From the NCBI GenBank assembly GCA_050173015.1, contig JBFXLE010000011.1, positions 1 to 64,000 of the forward strand: a stretch of DNA of 64,000 bases, read 5' to 3'. Below the pieces are notes generated by a model. That model was not told the DNA's origin, made no database searches, and saw only the letters and a list, made by a program, of their open reading frames with translations. The position numbers were made by a program, and so were the translations under genes. The DNA comes from Calditrichaceae bacterium (lineage in GTDB: Bacteria; Calditrichota; Calditrichia; Calditrichales; JBFXGD01). Of this stretch, positions 18,756 through 29,028 are shown piece by piece (positions within the stretch are counted from its first letter, which is position 1; each line of letters starts with the position of its first letter).

Positions 18756-20302
18756 TAAGCGATACAACACATGAAACGATACTTATTCTGGATTTTGGAT
18801 CACAGTATACACAATTAATTGCAAGAAGGATTCGGGAAAAGGGTGTTTTCTCAGAGATCCAGCCATATAATTATGATCTTTCAAAAACCGGAAATAAAAA
18901 AATAAAGGGAATTATCCTTTCAGGAGGTCCTTCCTCGGTATATGAAATTGACGCTCCTCACATCGGGAAGGAAATATTCGATTTTGGAGTGCCGGTACTC
19001 GGGATTTGCTACGGTTTACAGCTCATTACCCATTTACTGGGAGGAAAGGTTGTAAAATCTGAAAAGAAAGAGTATGGTTCGGCGCTGTTGAAAATCTCCG
19101 AACACGGCTATTTACTAAATGATATTCCTGATAACAGCAAAGTATGGATGAGCCACGGCGACAAAGTACTTGGGCTGCCGAAAGGTTTTCTGTCGGTGGC
19201 TTCAACGGAAAATTCGCCCTACGCGGCGATCCGTCATGAACAAAAAGAAATTTTTGGACTACAGTTTCATCCCGAGGTAATGCATACCGAATACGGAAGC
19301 CGGTTGCTAGGTAATTTCATTTTTTCCGTTTGCTCCTGCGCGGGCGACTGGTCACCAAAATCATTTGTGGAAGAGAGTATCCGCCGGATCCGCGATGAAG
19401 TTGGAGACAGTAAAGTACTTTGCGGTCTTAGCGGCGGTGTGGATTCCAGTGTGGTGGCCGTATTGCTTCATAAAGCGATAGGCGATCAGCTGCACTGTAT
19501 TTTCATCGACACGGGGCTTTTACGTCATAATGAAGCAGAAGAGGTCGAAAAGGTTTTTAAAAATAATTTTGACATTAAATTGACCTGCGTCAACAGTTCA
19601 GCATCTTTCCTTCATATATTAAACGGTATAATTGACCCGGAAGAAAAGCGAAAAAGAATAGGTCATGAATTTATCCGTGTTTTTGAGGAGGAATCCAAAA
19701 AACTGGGTAAGTTCGATTATCTGGCTCAGGGCACGCTATATCCTGATATAATAGAAAGCGTTTCCTTTAAAGGCCCTTCGGCGACTATCAAGTCACATCA
19801 CAATGTCGGCGGGTTACCGGAGAAATTAAATTTCAAATTACTGGAACCTCTGAGGGAGCTGTTCAAGGATGAAGTCCGTAAGGTGGGAGCAGAACTCGGA
19901 GTACCGGATTTAATTTTGGGAAGACATCCGTTTCCGGGGCCGGGACTGGCGGTGCGGATAATCGGAAAAATCACAGAAGAGCATGTACGGCTGCTGCAGA
20001 AAGCGGACGCGATTTATATTGAAGAACTAAAAAGTTCTGGTTTGTATGATGAAATCTGGCAGGCGTTTGCTGTATTGCTTCCAGTCAATACCGTTGGGGT
20101 AATGGGTGATGAGAGGACATATGAACGGGTTGTCGCGCTTAGGGCGGTGACCAGCACGGATGGAATGACGGCTGACTGGTATGAAATGCCGCGTCAGGTG
20201 CTTGCAAAAATTTCAAACCGGATTATCAATGAAGTGAAAGGTATAAACCGGGTTGTATATGATATCAGTTCGAAACCACCGGCAACAATAGAGTGGGAAT
20301 GA
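18737..20302 (+). CDS. guaA: GMP synthase (glutamine-hydrolysing)
   Basis: [27 protein letters not shown] and KPPATIEWE. Confidence 0.98.
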   Translation: MENQTLISDTTHETILILDFGSQYTQLIARRIREKGVFSEIQPYNYDLSKTGNKKIKGIILSGGPSSVYEIDAPHIGKEIFDFGVPVLGICYGLQLITHLLGGKVVKSEKKEYGSALLKISEHGYLLNDIPDNSKVWMSHGDKVLGLPKGFLSVASTENSPYAAIRHEQKEIFGLQFHPEVMHTEYGSRLLGNFIFSVCSCAGDWSPKSFVEESIRRIRDEVGDSKVLCGLSGGVDSSVVAVLLHKAIGDQLHCIFIDTGLLRHNEAEEVEKVFKNNFDIKLTCVNSSASFLHILNGIIDPEEKRKRIGHEFIRVFEEESKKLGKFDYLAQGTLYPDIIESVSFKGPSATIKSHHNVGGLPEKLNFKLLEPLRELFKDEVRKVGAELGVPDLILGRHPFPGPGLAVRIIGKITEEHVRLLQKADAIYIEELKSSGLYDEIWQAFAVLLPVNTVGVMGDERTYERVVALRAVTSTDGMTADWYEMPRQVLAKISNRIINEVKGINRVVYDISSKPPATIEWE

Positions 20303-20321
20303 TTTAAACCAGGAGGACATT

Positions 20322-22148
20322 ATGTGCGGAATTGTCGGCTACCTCGGTAGTAATATGGCTGCTCCGATTTTAATAAATGGATTGAAAAGACTCGAATACC
20401 GCGGATATGATTCCGCCGGTATCGCCATTATGAACGGTAAGGGGATTGAAATAATTAAAGAGGCCGGAAAAATCCGCAATCTGGATGGCGCCCTGCGGTT
20501 AAAATCGCCAAAAGGAACCATTGGAATAGGCCATACCCGGTGGGCGACACACGGTGAGCCCAATCAAAAGAACGCCCATCCGCATATTGACGGATCCGGT
20601 AATATTGCCCTCATTCATAACGGTATCATTGAAAACTACGCGATACTCAAACAGGTTCTCAAGGAAAAAGGGCATGAGTTCAGAACCGATACAGACACGG
20701 AAGTTATCGCGCATATGATTGAAGAATTTTACCATGGAGATTTTGAAGAAGCTTTCCGCGAATCTCTTCTGGAATTAAAAGGCACTTACGGAATTGCCGT
20801 CATCACAAGGCATGAACCGGACAAAATTTTTGTCGCCCGCAAGGGAAGTCCGATTGTCATTGGTGTCGGTGATGATGAATATTTTGTAGCTTCTGATGTC
20901 ACTCCTCTTGTCGCTCATACAAGGGATGTATTTTATCTTGAAGATCATGAAATGGCTATTTTATCCGCGAACGGTGTGATCACAAAAACAATTCAAAACG
21001 AAATGATCGAAAAAAAGGTCGAGAGAATTACATTTGATCTTGGAGCAATAGAAAAAAGCGGTTTTGATCATTTTATGCTAAAGGAAATTTTTGAGCAGCC
21101 CAACACAATTATGGATGCCATGCGTGGCCGGGTTATTAAAGAAGAAGGACTTGTTAAACTCGGTGGTCTTGCTGATGTGGAAGAAAAACTGCTTAACGCA
21201 AAGAAGATACACTTTACGGCCTCCGGAACCTCATGGCATGCCGCACTATTAGGGGAGTATCTGATCGAAGAGTTTTGCAGAATTCCCGTTGAAGTGGAAT
21301 ACGCGTCAGAATTTCGGTACAGAGATCCTATTATCGGTAAAGATGAAGTAGTGATCGCAATTTCCCAATCCGGCGAGACAGCGGATACGCTCGCGGCGCT
21401 GCGGGAAGGCAAAAGAAAGGGCGCGCTTGTTCTTGGTATAGTTAACGCGGTCGGTTCAACTATCGCGAGGGAAACCGATGCCGGTGTTTATATTCATGCC
21501 GGTCCTGAAATCGGCGTGGCGAGTACAAAAGCTTTTACATCACAGGTCACCGTTCTGGCGCTGATTACCATAATGCTTGCCCGCAGAAAAAATATGTCAT
21601 CGGCTCAGGGTAGGCAGATGGTGCAGGATCTTCTGGAAATCCCAAATAAGGTTCAAAGGATCCTGGATCAGAATGATACCATAAGGAAGCTGGCCGAAAG
21701 TTATCATGATAATCGTAATTTCCTCTATCTCGGACGCGGGTATAATTTTCCGGTCGCGCTTGAGGGCGCTCTCAAGTTAAAGGAAATCTCCTATATTCAT
21801 GCAGAGGGATATCCCGCGGCAGAGATGAAGCATGGTCCGATCGCGCTGATTGATAAAGATATGCCGGTCGTTTTTCTGGCCACAAAGGATGTCATTTATG
21901 ATAAGGTCATCAGCAATATCGAAGAAGTTCGCGCCCGAAAAGGAAAAGTGATCTGTATCGCAACTGAAGGAGATATAAAAATCCGGAATTATTCAGATCA
22001 TGTCATATACATTCCTGAAACGAGTCAGGCGTTAATGCCGCTGCTGTCGGTAATACCATTGCAGCTACTGGCTTATCATATCGCCGTTCAACGGGGATGC
22101 GATGTGGATCAGCCTCGAAATCTTGCAAAAAGCGTAACCGTGGAATAG
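20322..22148 (+). CDS. glmS: Glutamine-fructose-6-phosphate transaminase
   Basis: MCGIVG, RLEYRGYDSAG, GHTRWATHG and PRNLAKSVTVE. Confidence 0.98.
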   Translation: MCGIVGYLGSNMAAPILINGLKRLEYRGYDSAGIAIMNGKGIEIIKEAGKIRNLDGALRLKSPKGTIGIGHTRWATHGEPNQKNAHPHIDGSGNIALIHNGIIENYAILKQVLKEKGHEFRTDTDTEVIAHMIEEFYHGDFEEAFRESLLELKGTYGIAVITRHEPDKIFVARKGSPIVIGVGDDEYFVASDVTPLVAHTRDVFYLEDHEMAILSANGVITKTIQNEMIEKKVERITFDLGAIEKSGFDHFMLKEIFEQPNTIMDAMRGRVIKEEGLVKLGGLADVEEKLLNAKKIHFTASGTSWHAALLGEYLIEEFCRIPVEVEYASEFRYRDPIIGKDEVVIAISQSGETADTLAALREGKRKGALVLGIVNAVGSTIARETDAGVYIHAGPEIGVASTKAFTSQVTVLALITIMLARRKNMSSAQGRQMVQDLLEIPNKVQRILDQNDTIRKLAESYHDNRNFLYLGRGYNFPVALEGALKLKEISYIHAEGYPAAEMKHGPIALIDKDMPVVFLATKDVIYDKVISNIEEVRARKGKVICIATEGDIKIRNYSDHVIYIPETSQALMPLLSVIPLQLLAYHIAVQRGCDVDQPRNLAKSVTVE

Positions 22149-22185
22149 CTTGCGCGCAAGAGACGAAAAAATTAAATATTTTAAT

Positions 22186-22221
22186 GAACCAAAGCCCTAA
22201 TCCCGCTTTGGTTCTTTTTTT
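22186..22221 (+). terminator. Intrinsic terminator after glmS
   Basis: gaaccaaagc-loop-gctttggttc followed by ttttttt. Confidence 0.85.
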
Positions 22222-22319
22222 ATATCTGATTCAGTCTTATATTGACAATAACCTTGATTAATAAAATTTTTCTGATCAAATTATTTTTCTATTTATATAA
22301 ATATTGTAAGAGGTATCGA

Positions 22320-24170
22320 ATGAGATTCTTGTTGGTTGTATTTGTATTTACGGTTCTGTTCGGGACAGGGTTTGCGCAAAAAGCGTCAAATCGTGAATGG
22401 GCGATATTTCAAAGGGGCGTGGAACAATACAAATCCGGTGAATATGAAGCTGCTGAAAAAAACTTCAGTCTGGTTATTTCAAAATTGCCGGATAATCAGC
22501 TTCTTACGGCTAATTATCTGATGCTTGCGAAAACTCAATACAAACAGGACGACTATACCGCGTCACTTAATTTATGCGAAACTTTCCTGCAGAATTTTCC
22601 GGGCAGTGCCTATACAGATGATTTTTACTATTTAATGGGTAACAATTATTACCGTTTAAACCGGTTTCAGACAGCCGTATCGGCATGGCTGGCCGCGGCG
22701 GAAAATGCAAATAACACCTTAAAAGAGAAATCATTAATACTGATAAAACAGACCATTAAACACAAGCTTGACAAACGGGCGCTTCTTGATCTTAAGGATG
22801 AAACAAATACTCCATTCAGCCGGCACGCGCTACTCTACTATCTTGCAGAGCGCCAGTATGAAGAGGGAGATGTGATTTCCGCATCCTACTCACTGGAGGA
22901 AATACTTAAATCAGCCCAACAGGATGAGTTTACCCTGAGAGCCAGGGAATTATATGACACTATCAAAAACCAAAAAAGCAACACGGTCAGGATAGCGGCG
23001 CTGCTTCCTGTAAGCGGATCAAATTCTGATATCGGTAAGGCGCTTTTAGATGGCCTCAATCTGGCGGTAGTCGATTTCAATCGGTCCCACCAGGGTAAAA
23101 CGGTTGATATTGTTGTCTATGATTATGAAACCAAATTGCCTGTCGCCATGCAGAAAATGAAAGAAATTGCGCGGGATCCCTCCGTTTACGCGATATTCGG
23201 ACCGGTAGAAAACGATATTACCGCCGCCTGTGCCGGTATTGCCGATTATGAGGGGCTGACATTAATTACACCGACTGCTTCATCGAATGATCTATCGTAT
23301 ATTTCAGACAGACTAATCCAACTTGCTCCGACGGTTGACGCGCTCGCAAACCGTCTGGTGCGGTTTGCCGAGGATTCTCTGAAAATCAAAAGAATTGCCA
23401 CACTTTCACCGGTTGAAGATTATTTTGTTAATTTTACCGATTCATTTGTGGAAAGACACGAAGAAAACGGCGGAACCGTAGTGGCGCAGCAATGGTATTA
23501 TCCGGGAGATCAGGATTTCTCAAAGCAATTTAAAGCGATCAAGAGGATAGGTCTTAAGCTGACCTTTCAGGACTCCGTCATGGGGAAAACTCCATCTTTG
23601 GAACTGATAAAGATCGATTCTCTCTATGCCGCGTACAGAAAAGTAAAGATGGAAAAAATTGAAGAAAATAAAACAAATATTGACTCAGCCGACATTCCCG
23701 TTACATCAATCGACGCTCTTGTAATTCCCGTATATAAGGATGATATTGGATTAATCGCCCCGCAGCTGGCATATGCGAATTTCAAAACGCATCTACTTGG
23801 AAATGGTGACTGGTATAATAGCGACGCGCTGCGAAAAAATAAAAATTATATCAACGGTATCATATTTGTTTCCGATGGCTACCTCAATGAGGAGAGCTGG
23901 GATTATAAACAGTTCCGAAATAACTTCAGAACTCAGTTCAGCAGATCGCCTGAACGATTTGAATTGATTGGGTATGACAGCTTTAATTTTATTCTAAAGG
24001 CGATCTCCCGGGAAGGAGTATTTCTGAGCCGGTCAAATTTTTATGAGGCGGTTATGCAGGAGCCCCCGTATCAGGGTGTTTACAGAAATTTTGATGTCGG
24101 TTCCAAACATTACAACAGCGCGGTCCGGGTCATCAAATATATTTACGGGCAATTCATACCGCTCAACTAA
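22320..24170 (+). CDS. Exported TPR plus periplasmic-binding-protein domain protein (LpoA-like PBP activator candidate)
   Basis: Signal peptide, N-terminal TPR-like helices, and RIAALLPVSG...IFGP...GYDSF type I PBP fold. Confidence 0.7.
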   Translation: MRFLLVVFVFTVLFGTGFAQKASNREWAIFQRGVEQYKSGEYEAAEKNFSLVISKLPDNQLLTANYLMLAKTQYKQDDYTASLNLCETFLQNFPGSAYTDDFYYLMGNNYYRLNRFQTAVSAWLAAAENANNTLKEKSLILIKQTIKHKLDKRALLDLKDETNTPFSRHALLYYLAERQYEEGDVISASYSLEEILKSAQQDEFTLRARELYDTIKNQKSNTVRIAALLPVSGSNSDIGKALLDGLNLAVVDFNRSHQGKTVDIVVYDYETKLPVAMQKMKEIARDPSVYAIFGPVENDITAACAGIADYEGLTLITPTASSNDLSYISDRLIQLAPTVDALANRLVRFAEDSLKIKRIATLSPVEDYFVNFTDSFVERHEENGGTVVAQQWYYPGDQDFSKQFKAIKRIGLKLTFQDSVMGKTPSLELIKIDSLYAAYRKVKMEKIEENKTNIDSADIPVTSIDALVIPVYKDDIGLIAPQLAYANFKTHLLGNGDWYNSDALRKNKNYINGIIFVSDGYLNEESWDYKQFRNNFRTQFSRSPERFELIGYDSFNFILKAISREGVFLSRSNFYEAVMQEPPYQGVYRNFDVGSKHYNSAVRVIKYIYGQFIPLN

Positions 24171-24173
24171 ATT

Positions 24174-24950
24174 ATGCTAAATCATACTCAAAATATATCT
24201 TCCGATCAGGGAATTGAACGGTTTAACATATTTAAGCAATACCCTTCGCTGGTTCACGGATTCTCGACACGGAAAGGCGGGGAAAGCAAAGCGCCGTTTG
24301 ACCAATTAAATCTGGGTTTAAATACCCCTGATAACCGCGCGACAGTCCAAAAAAACCGCCTGTTGTTTTTTAACGCTCTTGGAGTTTCTGAAAACAGTCT
24401 GGCCTTCCCGGAACAGGTCCATTCATCAAATATACAAATAGCGCGCAAACCGGGAGTATTGAAGAAAACAGATGCTCTGATTACAAATATTGAAAATTTA
24501 TTTCTTACCGTTCAGACCGCGGACTGTTTTCCCGTTTTTGTTTTTGATCCTGTAAATAGGGCAGTCGGACTTGTTCATTCCGGCTGGAGAGGAACCGCTC
24601 AGAATATTACCGGTAAAACCATTGATCTGATGAAAGCGGAATATAATTCCAGACCGGAAGATTTGCTGATTGCTATTGGGCCCGGAGTTCAGCAGGACTG
24701 TTATCAGGTTGATGACGATACCGCGGGCAACTTTTCATCCGAATTTTTAATCCCTGACGGACCGGGGCATCATAAGCTCGATGTCCAAAAAACTATTATC
24801 AGTCAGATTACCCGAAAAGGGGTTTTGTCTAAAAACCTGGAAATCAATACATCCTGCACTCATTGCGCGCTGGACAGATACTTTTCATACAGAAGGGATA
24901 AAGAAAAAAGCGGCAGAATGATGGGGGTAATCGGCCTTAAAAATCAGTAA
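24174..24950 (+). CDS. pgeF: Peptidoglycan editing factor PgeF (YfiH)
   Basis: FSTRKGG, QVHS, TADCFPV, HSGWRG and FSYRR. Confidence 0.93.
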   Translation: MLNHTQNISSDQGIERFNIFKQYPSLVHGFSTRKGGESKAPFDQLNLGLNTPDNRATVQKNRLLFFNALGVSENSLAFPEQVHSSNIQIARKPGVLKKTDALITNIENLFLTVQTADCFPVFVFDPVNRAVGLVHSGWRGTAQNITGKTIDLMKAEYNSRPEDLLIAIGPGVQQDCYQVDDDTAGNFSSEFLIPDGPGHHKLDVQKTIISQITRKGVLSKNLEINTSCTHCALDRYFSYRRDKEKSGRMMGVIGLKNQ

Positions 24951-25008
24951 AAAAACTCCCTTTCCTTCCGCCATGTTCTGACATAAAAAATAATGACACA
25001 GGTATCAG

Positions 25009-26028
25009 ATGCAAATTGATATAAAAAAAATACGTCTGTTTTTGAAAAATCCCTGGACAATTTCCAGAAATTCCAGCAGTTATAAAGACAATGTTTTTGT
25101 CCAAATCGAAAAAGACGGGATCACCGGATATGGGGAAGCGGCGCCTAATATTCGCTACGGTGAAAATCCTGACCTGACTGTCAGTAAAATGGAGGACGCT
25201 GTTTCAGTTTTGGAAACGGTTGATTTTTTTCACTATACAGAGGCAGGCCAACTCCTTGATCATTCAATAAGCGGACAAAGCTGCGCAAAGGCCGCGTTGG
25301 ATATGGCGCTGATGGATTGGATAGGAAAATCGGCAGGTTTACCATTGTATAAATTTTTCGGGCTGAATCCGGACCGTATTCCCGCAACTTCATTCTCAAT
25401 AGGAATTGATTCGAAAGAGAATGTCATCAAAAAAGTAGAGAGCGCGAAGGATTTCCCGGTGTTAAAAATTAAGGTTGGTTATGACGGCGATGAGGAAATG
25501 GTTACATGGGTAAGAAGTGTAACCGATAAGCCAATCCGTGTGGACGCGAATGAGGGGTGGAAGAGCAAAGAAATAGCGCTGGAAAAAATACTATGGCTTC
25601 AATCTCAGGGAGTTGAGCTCATTGAGCAACCGCTTCCGTATCAGATGATAGATGAAACAGCCTGGCTGAGAGAGAGAATTTCTATTCCGGTCGTCGCTGA
25701 TGAAGCGGTCAAAAAAGCGTCAGATGTCGCGAAGTTGATTGGGGCATATGATGGCATTAATATAAAACTGATGAAATCAGGGGGCATTCAGGAAGCGCTG
25801 CGGACGATACATGTGGCAAAGACACTCAATTTAAAAGTCATGATTGGATGTATGATTGAAAGCTCTGTGGCTATTTCAGCGGCGGCGCACATAGCCGCTC
25901 ACGCTGACTGGGTCGATCTGGACGGAAATCTGTTGATAAATAACGATCCGTTCTCCGGAATAGGGATAGATAAGGGAAAGCTGATACTTAGTGAAGAACC
26001 CGGTCTTGGAGTCCGGCCGGTCCTGTAA
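25009..26028 (+). CDS. Dipeptide (L-Ala-D/L-Glu) epimerase, enolase superfamily
   Basis: LKIKVG, RVDANEGW, IEQP, ADEA, NIKLMKSGG, GCMIES and DLDG. Confidence 0.9.
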   Translation: MQIDIKKIRLFLKNPWTISRNSSSYKDNVFVQIEKDGITGYGEAAPNIRYGENPDLTVSKMEDAVSVLETVDFFHYTEAGQLLDHSISGQSCAKAALDMALMDWIGKSAGLPLYKFFGLNPDRIPATSFSIGIDSKENVIKKVESAKDFPVLKIKVGYDGDEEMVTWVRSVTDKPIRVDANEGWKSKEIALEKILWLQSQGVELIEQPLPYQMIDETAWLRERISIPVVADEAVKKASDVAKLIGAYDGINIKLMKSGGIQEALRTIHVAKTLNLKVMIGCMIESSVAISAAAHIAAHADWVDLDGNLLINNDPFSGIGIDKGKLILSEEPGLGVRPVL

Positions 26029-26033
26029 AAAGA

Positions 26034-26059
26034 AAAGCCGCGTCGATTGACGCGGCTTT
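26034..26059. terminator. Bidirectional intrinsic terminator
   Basis: aaagccgcgtc-gatt-gacgcggcttt between convergent genes. Confidence 0.85.
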
Positions 26060-26066
26060 ATGAATG

Positions 26067-26987
26067 TTAGATATAACTTAGCCAACTGTCAGGAATCTCA
26101 ATCCCGCCTTTGAATATATTAAAGTAATCATCCTGAATCGTTTTTGTTATCGGTCCGATTTTACCGGCTCCGATGGTAATCCTGTCAACACTGCGTATGG
26201 GTGTTATTTCCGCCGCTGTTCCCGTGAAGAAGAGTTCATCGGCCGTGTAAAGGGTTTCTCTGGGGATTGTCTCTTCAATTACAGTGAAACCTCTTTTTTT
26301 CAAGAGTTCGATTGCTGTAAATCGTGTGATCCCCGGCAGGATGGAACTGCATAGAGGCGGCGTATAAATTTTTCCGTCGCGTATGATAAAAATATTCTCC
26401 CCGCTGCCTTCGGCTACAAAACCATTTTGATCGAGAGCAATACCTTCATCAAAACCGTTGTTGATAGCTTCCATTTTGATCAATTGTGAATTCATATAAT
26501 TCGCTCCGGCTTTAGCGAGTGCCGGCATAGTGTTTGGGGCAAGTCGATTCCAGGAGGAAACACAGACATCCACACCGTTTTCTAACGCTTCAGGACCTAA
26601 ATATTTACCCCATTCCCAAATGGCAATATAAGACTCTATGGGATTTTTGAGCGGATTCACACCGAATGGTCCGAACCCCCTGAATATGAATGGTCTGATA
26701 TAACATGATTTAAATTTATTGATTCTGATGGTTTCAAGGGCAGCTTCAACTAATTGATCTGCACTGTATTCAGGCTCCATGCGATAAATTTTAGCAGAAT
26801 TAATAAGCCTTTTCATATGATCATTTAATCTGAAAACAGCGGCTCCCTTATTCGTTTCATAACTACGGATGCCCTCAAATACGCAGGTGCCATACTGAAC
26901 CACGTGTGAAAGTACATGAATATTCGCGTCATCCCAGTTGATAAACTTTCCATTTTTCCAAACCATTTGTCCAATGTTATTTGCCAT
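26067..26987 (-). CDS. ilvE: Branched-chain amino acid aminotransferase
   Basis: YGTCVFEGIR, AKAGANY, EGSGENIF, ILPGITR and GTAAEITPI. Confidence 0.96.
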   Translation of the reverse strand: MANNIGQMVWKNGKFINWDDANIHVLSHVVQYGTCVFEGIRSYETNKGAAVFRLNDHMKRLINSAKIYRMEPEYSADQLVEAALETIRINKFKSCYIRPFIFRGFGPFGVNPLKNPIESYIAIWEWGKYLGPEALENGVDVCVSSWNRLAPNTMPALAKAGANYMNSQLIKMEAINNGFDEGIALDQNGFVAEGSGENIFIIRDGKIYTPPLCSSILPGITRFTAIELLKKRGFTVIEETIPRETLYTADELFFTGTAAEITPIRSVDRITIGAGKIGPITKTIQDDYFNIFKGGIEIPDSWLSYI

Positions 26988-27319
26988 TTTAAACTCCTAT
27001 ATCTTTGGATTTTATGTTTCATCTGAAATCATGAAATGCAGCTTCAGAAACCTGATCATTATGAAAAAGGTTATACCTCATTTAGAAAAAATCGGTTATT
27101 CCATATTTATGATTATTTAATTTTTTGGATGACTGAAATTGATTATTGAAAAATTGATAACCGGCAGGCAGCGAAAAATGAGTAATATTAAAAAAAGAGT
27201 AAATAAAATAGACGTTAAAAGCCTGTAAAATCAACGTCCTGTTGAAATACGGAATTACTTTGATACCAATTGGTTTCACACCTTAGGGTTCCCTTTTCAG
27301 ACTGACAATAAGATATAAG

Positions 27320-27348
27320 ATATTAACATTATTGAACATTTTAGTCAA
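27320..27348 (-). promoter_or_regulatory. Candidate sigma70 promoter upstream of the ilvE leader
   Basis: Minus strand TTGACT-17 nt-TAATAT, with TG just upstream of the -10 box. Confidence 0.45.
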
Positions 27349-27438
27349 GTTTTTTTAGGAATAGTTCCTTTGACTTAATGAATAAGTTTTGAAGAAAAAG
27401 TCAGGCGGATACAGTCAGGAAATAATTTAAATTAATAT

Positions 27439-27472
27439 AAAAAAAGAGTCAATCAACCTTGATTAACTCTTT
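27439..27472 (-). terminator. Intrinsic terminator of the YtxH-DUF948 operon
   Basis: Minus strand aaagagttaatcaa-gg-ttgattgactctttttt. Confidence 0.8.
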
Positions 27473-27554
27473 AATTTATCATTCCCACAGCGGCCATATT
27501 TTTAGAGTGAAACTCAGGCATGCAGGAGGAAGTGAGTTCAAAACAGAATTATTA

Positions 27555-27893
27555 CTATTTCCCTTTGCGCGCGAACAGCTTATTGGCCAGCTGCAGTAAA
27601 ATTGAGATTGCTTGCGCTATGTGTTGCAGCGGGATCTTGATTTCTTTTACTACCATTTCTTCAATTTCTGCAAGATCATTCACAGCAGTCTCTACTTTTC
27701 CGGATGCCGCGCTTAATGATTTGGCAATTTCAGATACACTGGACATCACATCGGGTAGATCCTTATTTACCACATCAAGCGTCTCATTGATCTTTTTTAA
27801 GGATTGTCTCAATTGAATAATTGTCGGGATCAGCAAAATCACTAAAACGGTTAAAGAAAGCAATAATATAACGAGGGCTATTTCCCAAACCAT
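27555..27893 (-). CDS. DUF948 (YoxC-like) membrane-anchored coiled-coil protein
   Basis: N-terminal TM followed by an amphipathic helix; paired with YtxH. Confidence 0.8.
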   Translation of the reverse strand: MVWEIALVILLLSLTVLVILLIPTIIQLRQSLKKINETLDVVNKDLPDVMSSVSEIAKSLSAASGKVETAVNDLAEIEEMVVKEIKIPLQHIAQAISILLQLANKLFARKGK

Positions 27894-27981
27894 ATTTATC
27901 TCCAGAATATTTAAATTCGGTTGTCAAATAATAAACTCAACCGGGGAACGAATTCGTTTTGATATCGGCTTTGATTAACTT

Positions 27982-28329
27982 TTACTTCTTTGTCTTTTTC
28001 GTCGTTTTGCTCGGAGCTTTTTCTTCCTCTTGATCCTCATCAATCGAGTTGACTTCAGAGTCAAAATCCCTTTCTTCGATGGTCTCCGACTGTTCCAATT
28101 TCGCCTTGCCTTTTTTGATGGTGTCCGAGATTTTGTCTTTCAGATCATTGAGTTCATTTTTGATCTTATCAAGCTCGCTCTGCGCTTTTTCGAGCAGATC
28201 ATCACTTTCGTGTTTGAGATCGTCCCTAGTGTCTTTCCCGCTTTTGGGTGCAAATAAAACTCCGGCGATCATTCCGAATGCGCCTCCCAAAAGAAAACCC
28301 TTCAAAAATTTGCTCTCATTTGATGACAT
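27982..28329 (-). CDS. YtxH domain protein
   Basis: FLKGFLLGGAFGMIAGVLFAPKSGKDTR signature. Confidence 0.92.
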   Translation of the reverse strand: MSSNESKFLKGFLLGGAFGMIAGVLFAPKSGKDTRDDLKHESDDLLEKAQSELDKIKNELNDLKDKISDTIKKGKAKLEQSETIEERDFDSEVNSIDEDQEEEKAPSKTTKKTKK

Positions 28330-28601
28330 AAAAACCTCCCATATAAAAAGATCTATAGTGTTTTATACACCGTGCAATTATGTATGCATCTTAACTTATC
28401 AATGGACAGAATAGATTAAAAGTAGTGTATTTATTTATAAATTAATGAATAAATTCTCTATTATCAATGAGTAAAGTCATAAGTTTTGCCAGGTTTACGT
28501 GACTGATACAAGATACGATACAAATTTTTTATAAATAAGTTCATTTATAATTTGATAAATTCGTTGAATCCTGACTTTTTAATTATCTTTGTAAAATATG
28601 T

Positions 28602-28630
28602 TTGACATCGTTTTAAGGAAGCATTATATT
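28602..28630 (+). promoter_or_regulatory. sigma70 promoter of rpoZ
   Basis: TTGACA-17 nt-TATATT, ending 33 nt upstream of the start codon. Confidence 0.8.
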
Positions 28631-28663
28631 TAATGGTTTAGTCTATTTATAACGGAGGCATTG

Positions 28664-28969
28664 ATGGCAATTCAAACTCTCGATATGAGGCTGTTGCGTG
28701 AGCAAAAGCTCAATGTATATGAGATGTGTTTATTAATAGCCGCGCGTGCAAGACAAATCAACGCGGAAAGAATTCAGCATAAAAAAGAAAATGACATGAT
28801 GGATGACGTGGATCTTTATGATGAAGCGGATATCTACGATCGTGAGCTCATGGAGGATATGAAATTTGAGCGTGAAATAAATCCTACCGTCATCGCTCAG
28901 GATGAATTCTTTAACAGCAAGCTGAAAGCATATTATGCTCTTAAGGAAGACGAATCATTAGAAAAGTAA
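28664..28969 (+). CDS. rpoZ: RNA polymerase omega subunit (FCB-type)
   Basis: NVYEMCLLIAARARQIN core and PTVIAQDEF C-terminus; GGAGG RBS. Confidence 0.85.
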   Translation: MAIQTLDMRLLREQKLNVYEMCLLIAARARQINAERIQHKKENDMMDDVDLYDEADIYDRELMEDMKFEREINPTVIAQDEFFNSKLKAYYALKEDESLEK

Positions 28970-28995
28970 AACCCTCATTTTGAGGGTTTTTTTTT
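28968..28995 (+). terminator. Intrinsic terminator after rpoZ
   Basis: aaaaccctca-ttt-tgagggttttttttt. Confidence 0.85.
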
Positions 28996-29028
28996 ACCCC
29001 TTTCCCCTTAATTTGTTATCTTATCCAT

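Noticed and set aside
20303-20321. glmS ribozyme
   Set aside because: Only 19 bp separate guaA and glmS.
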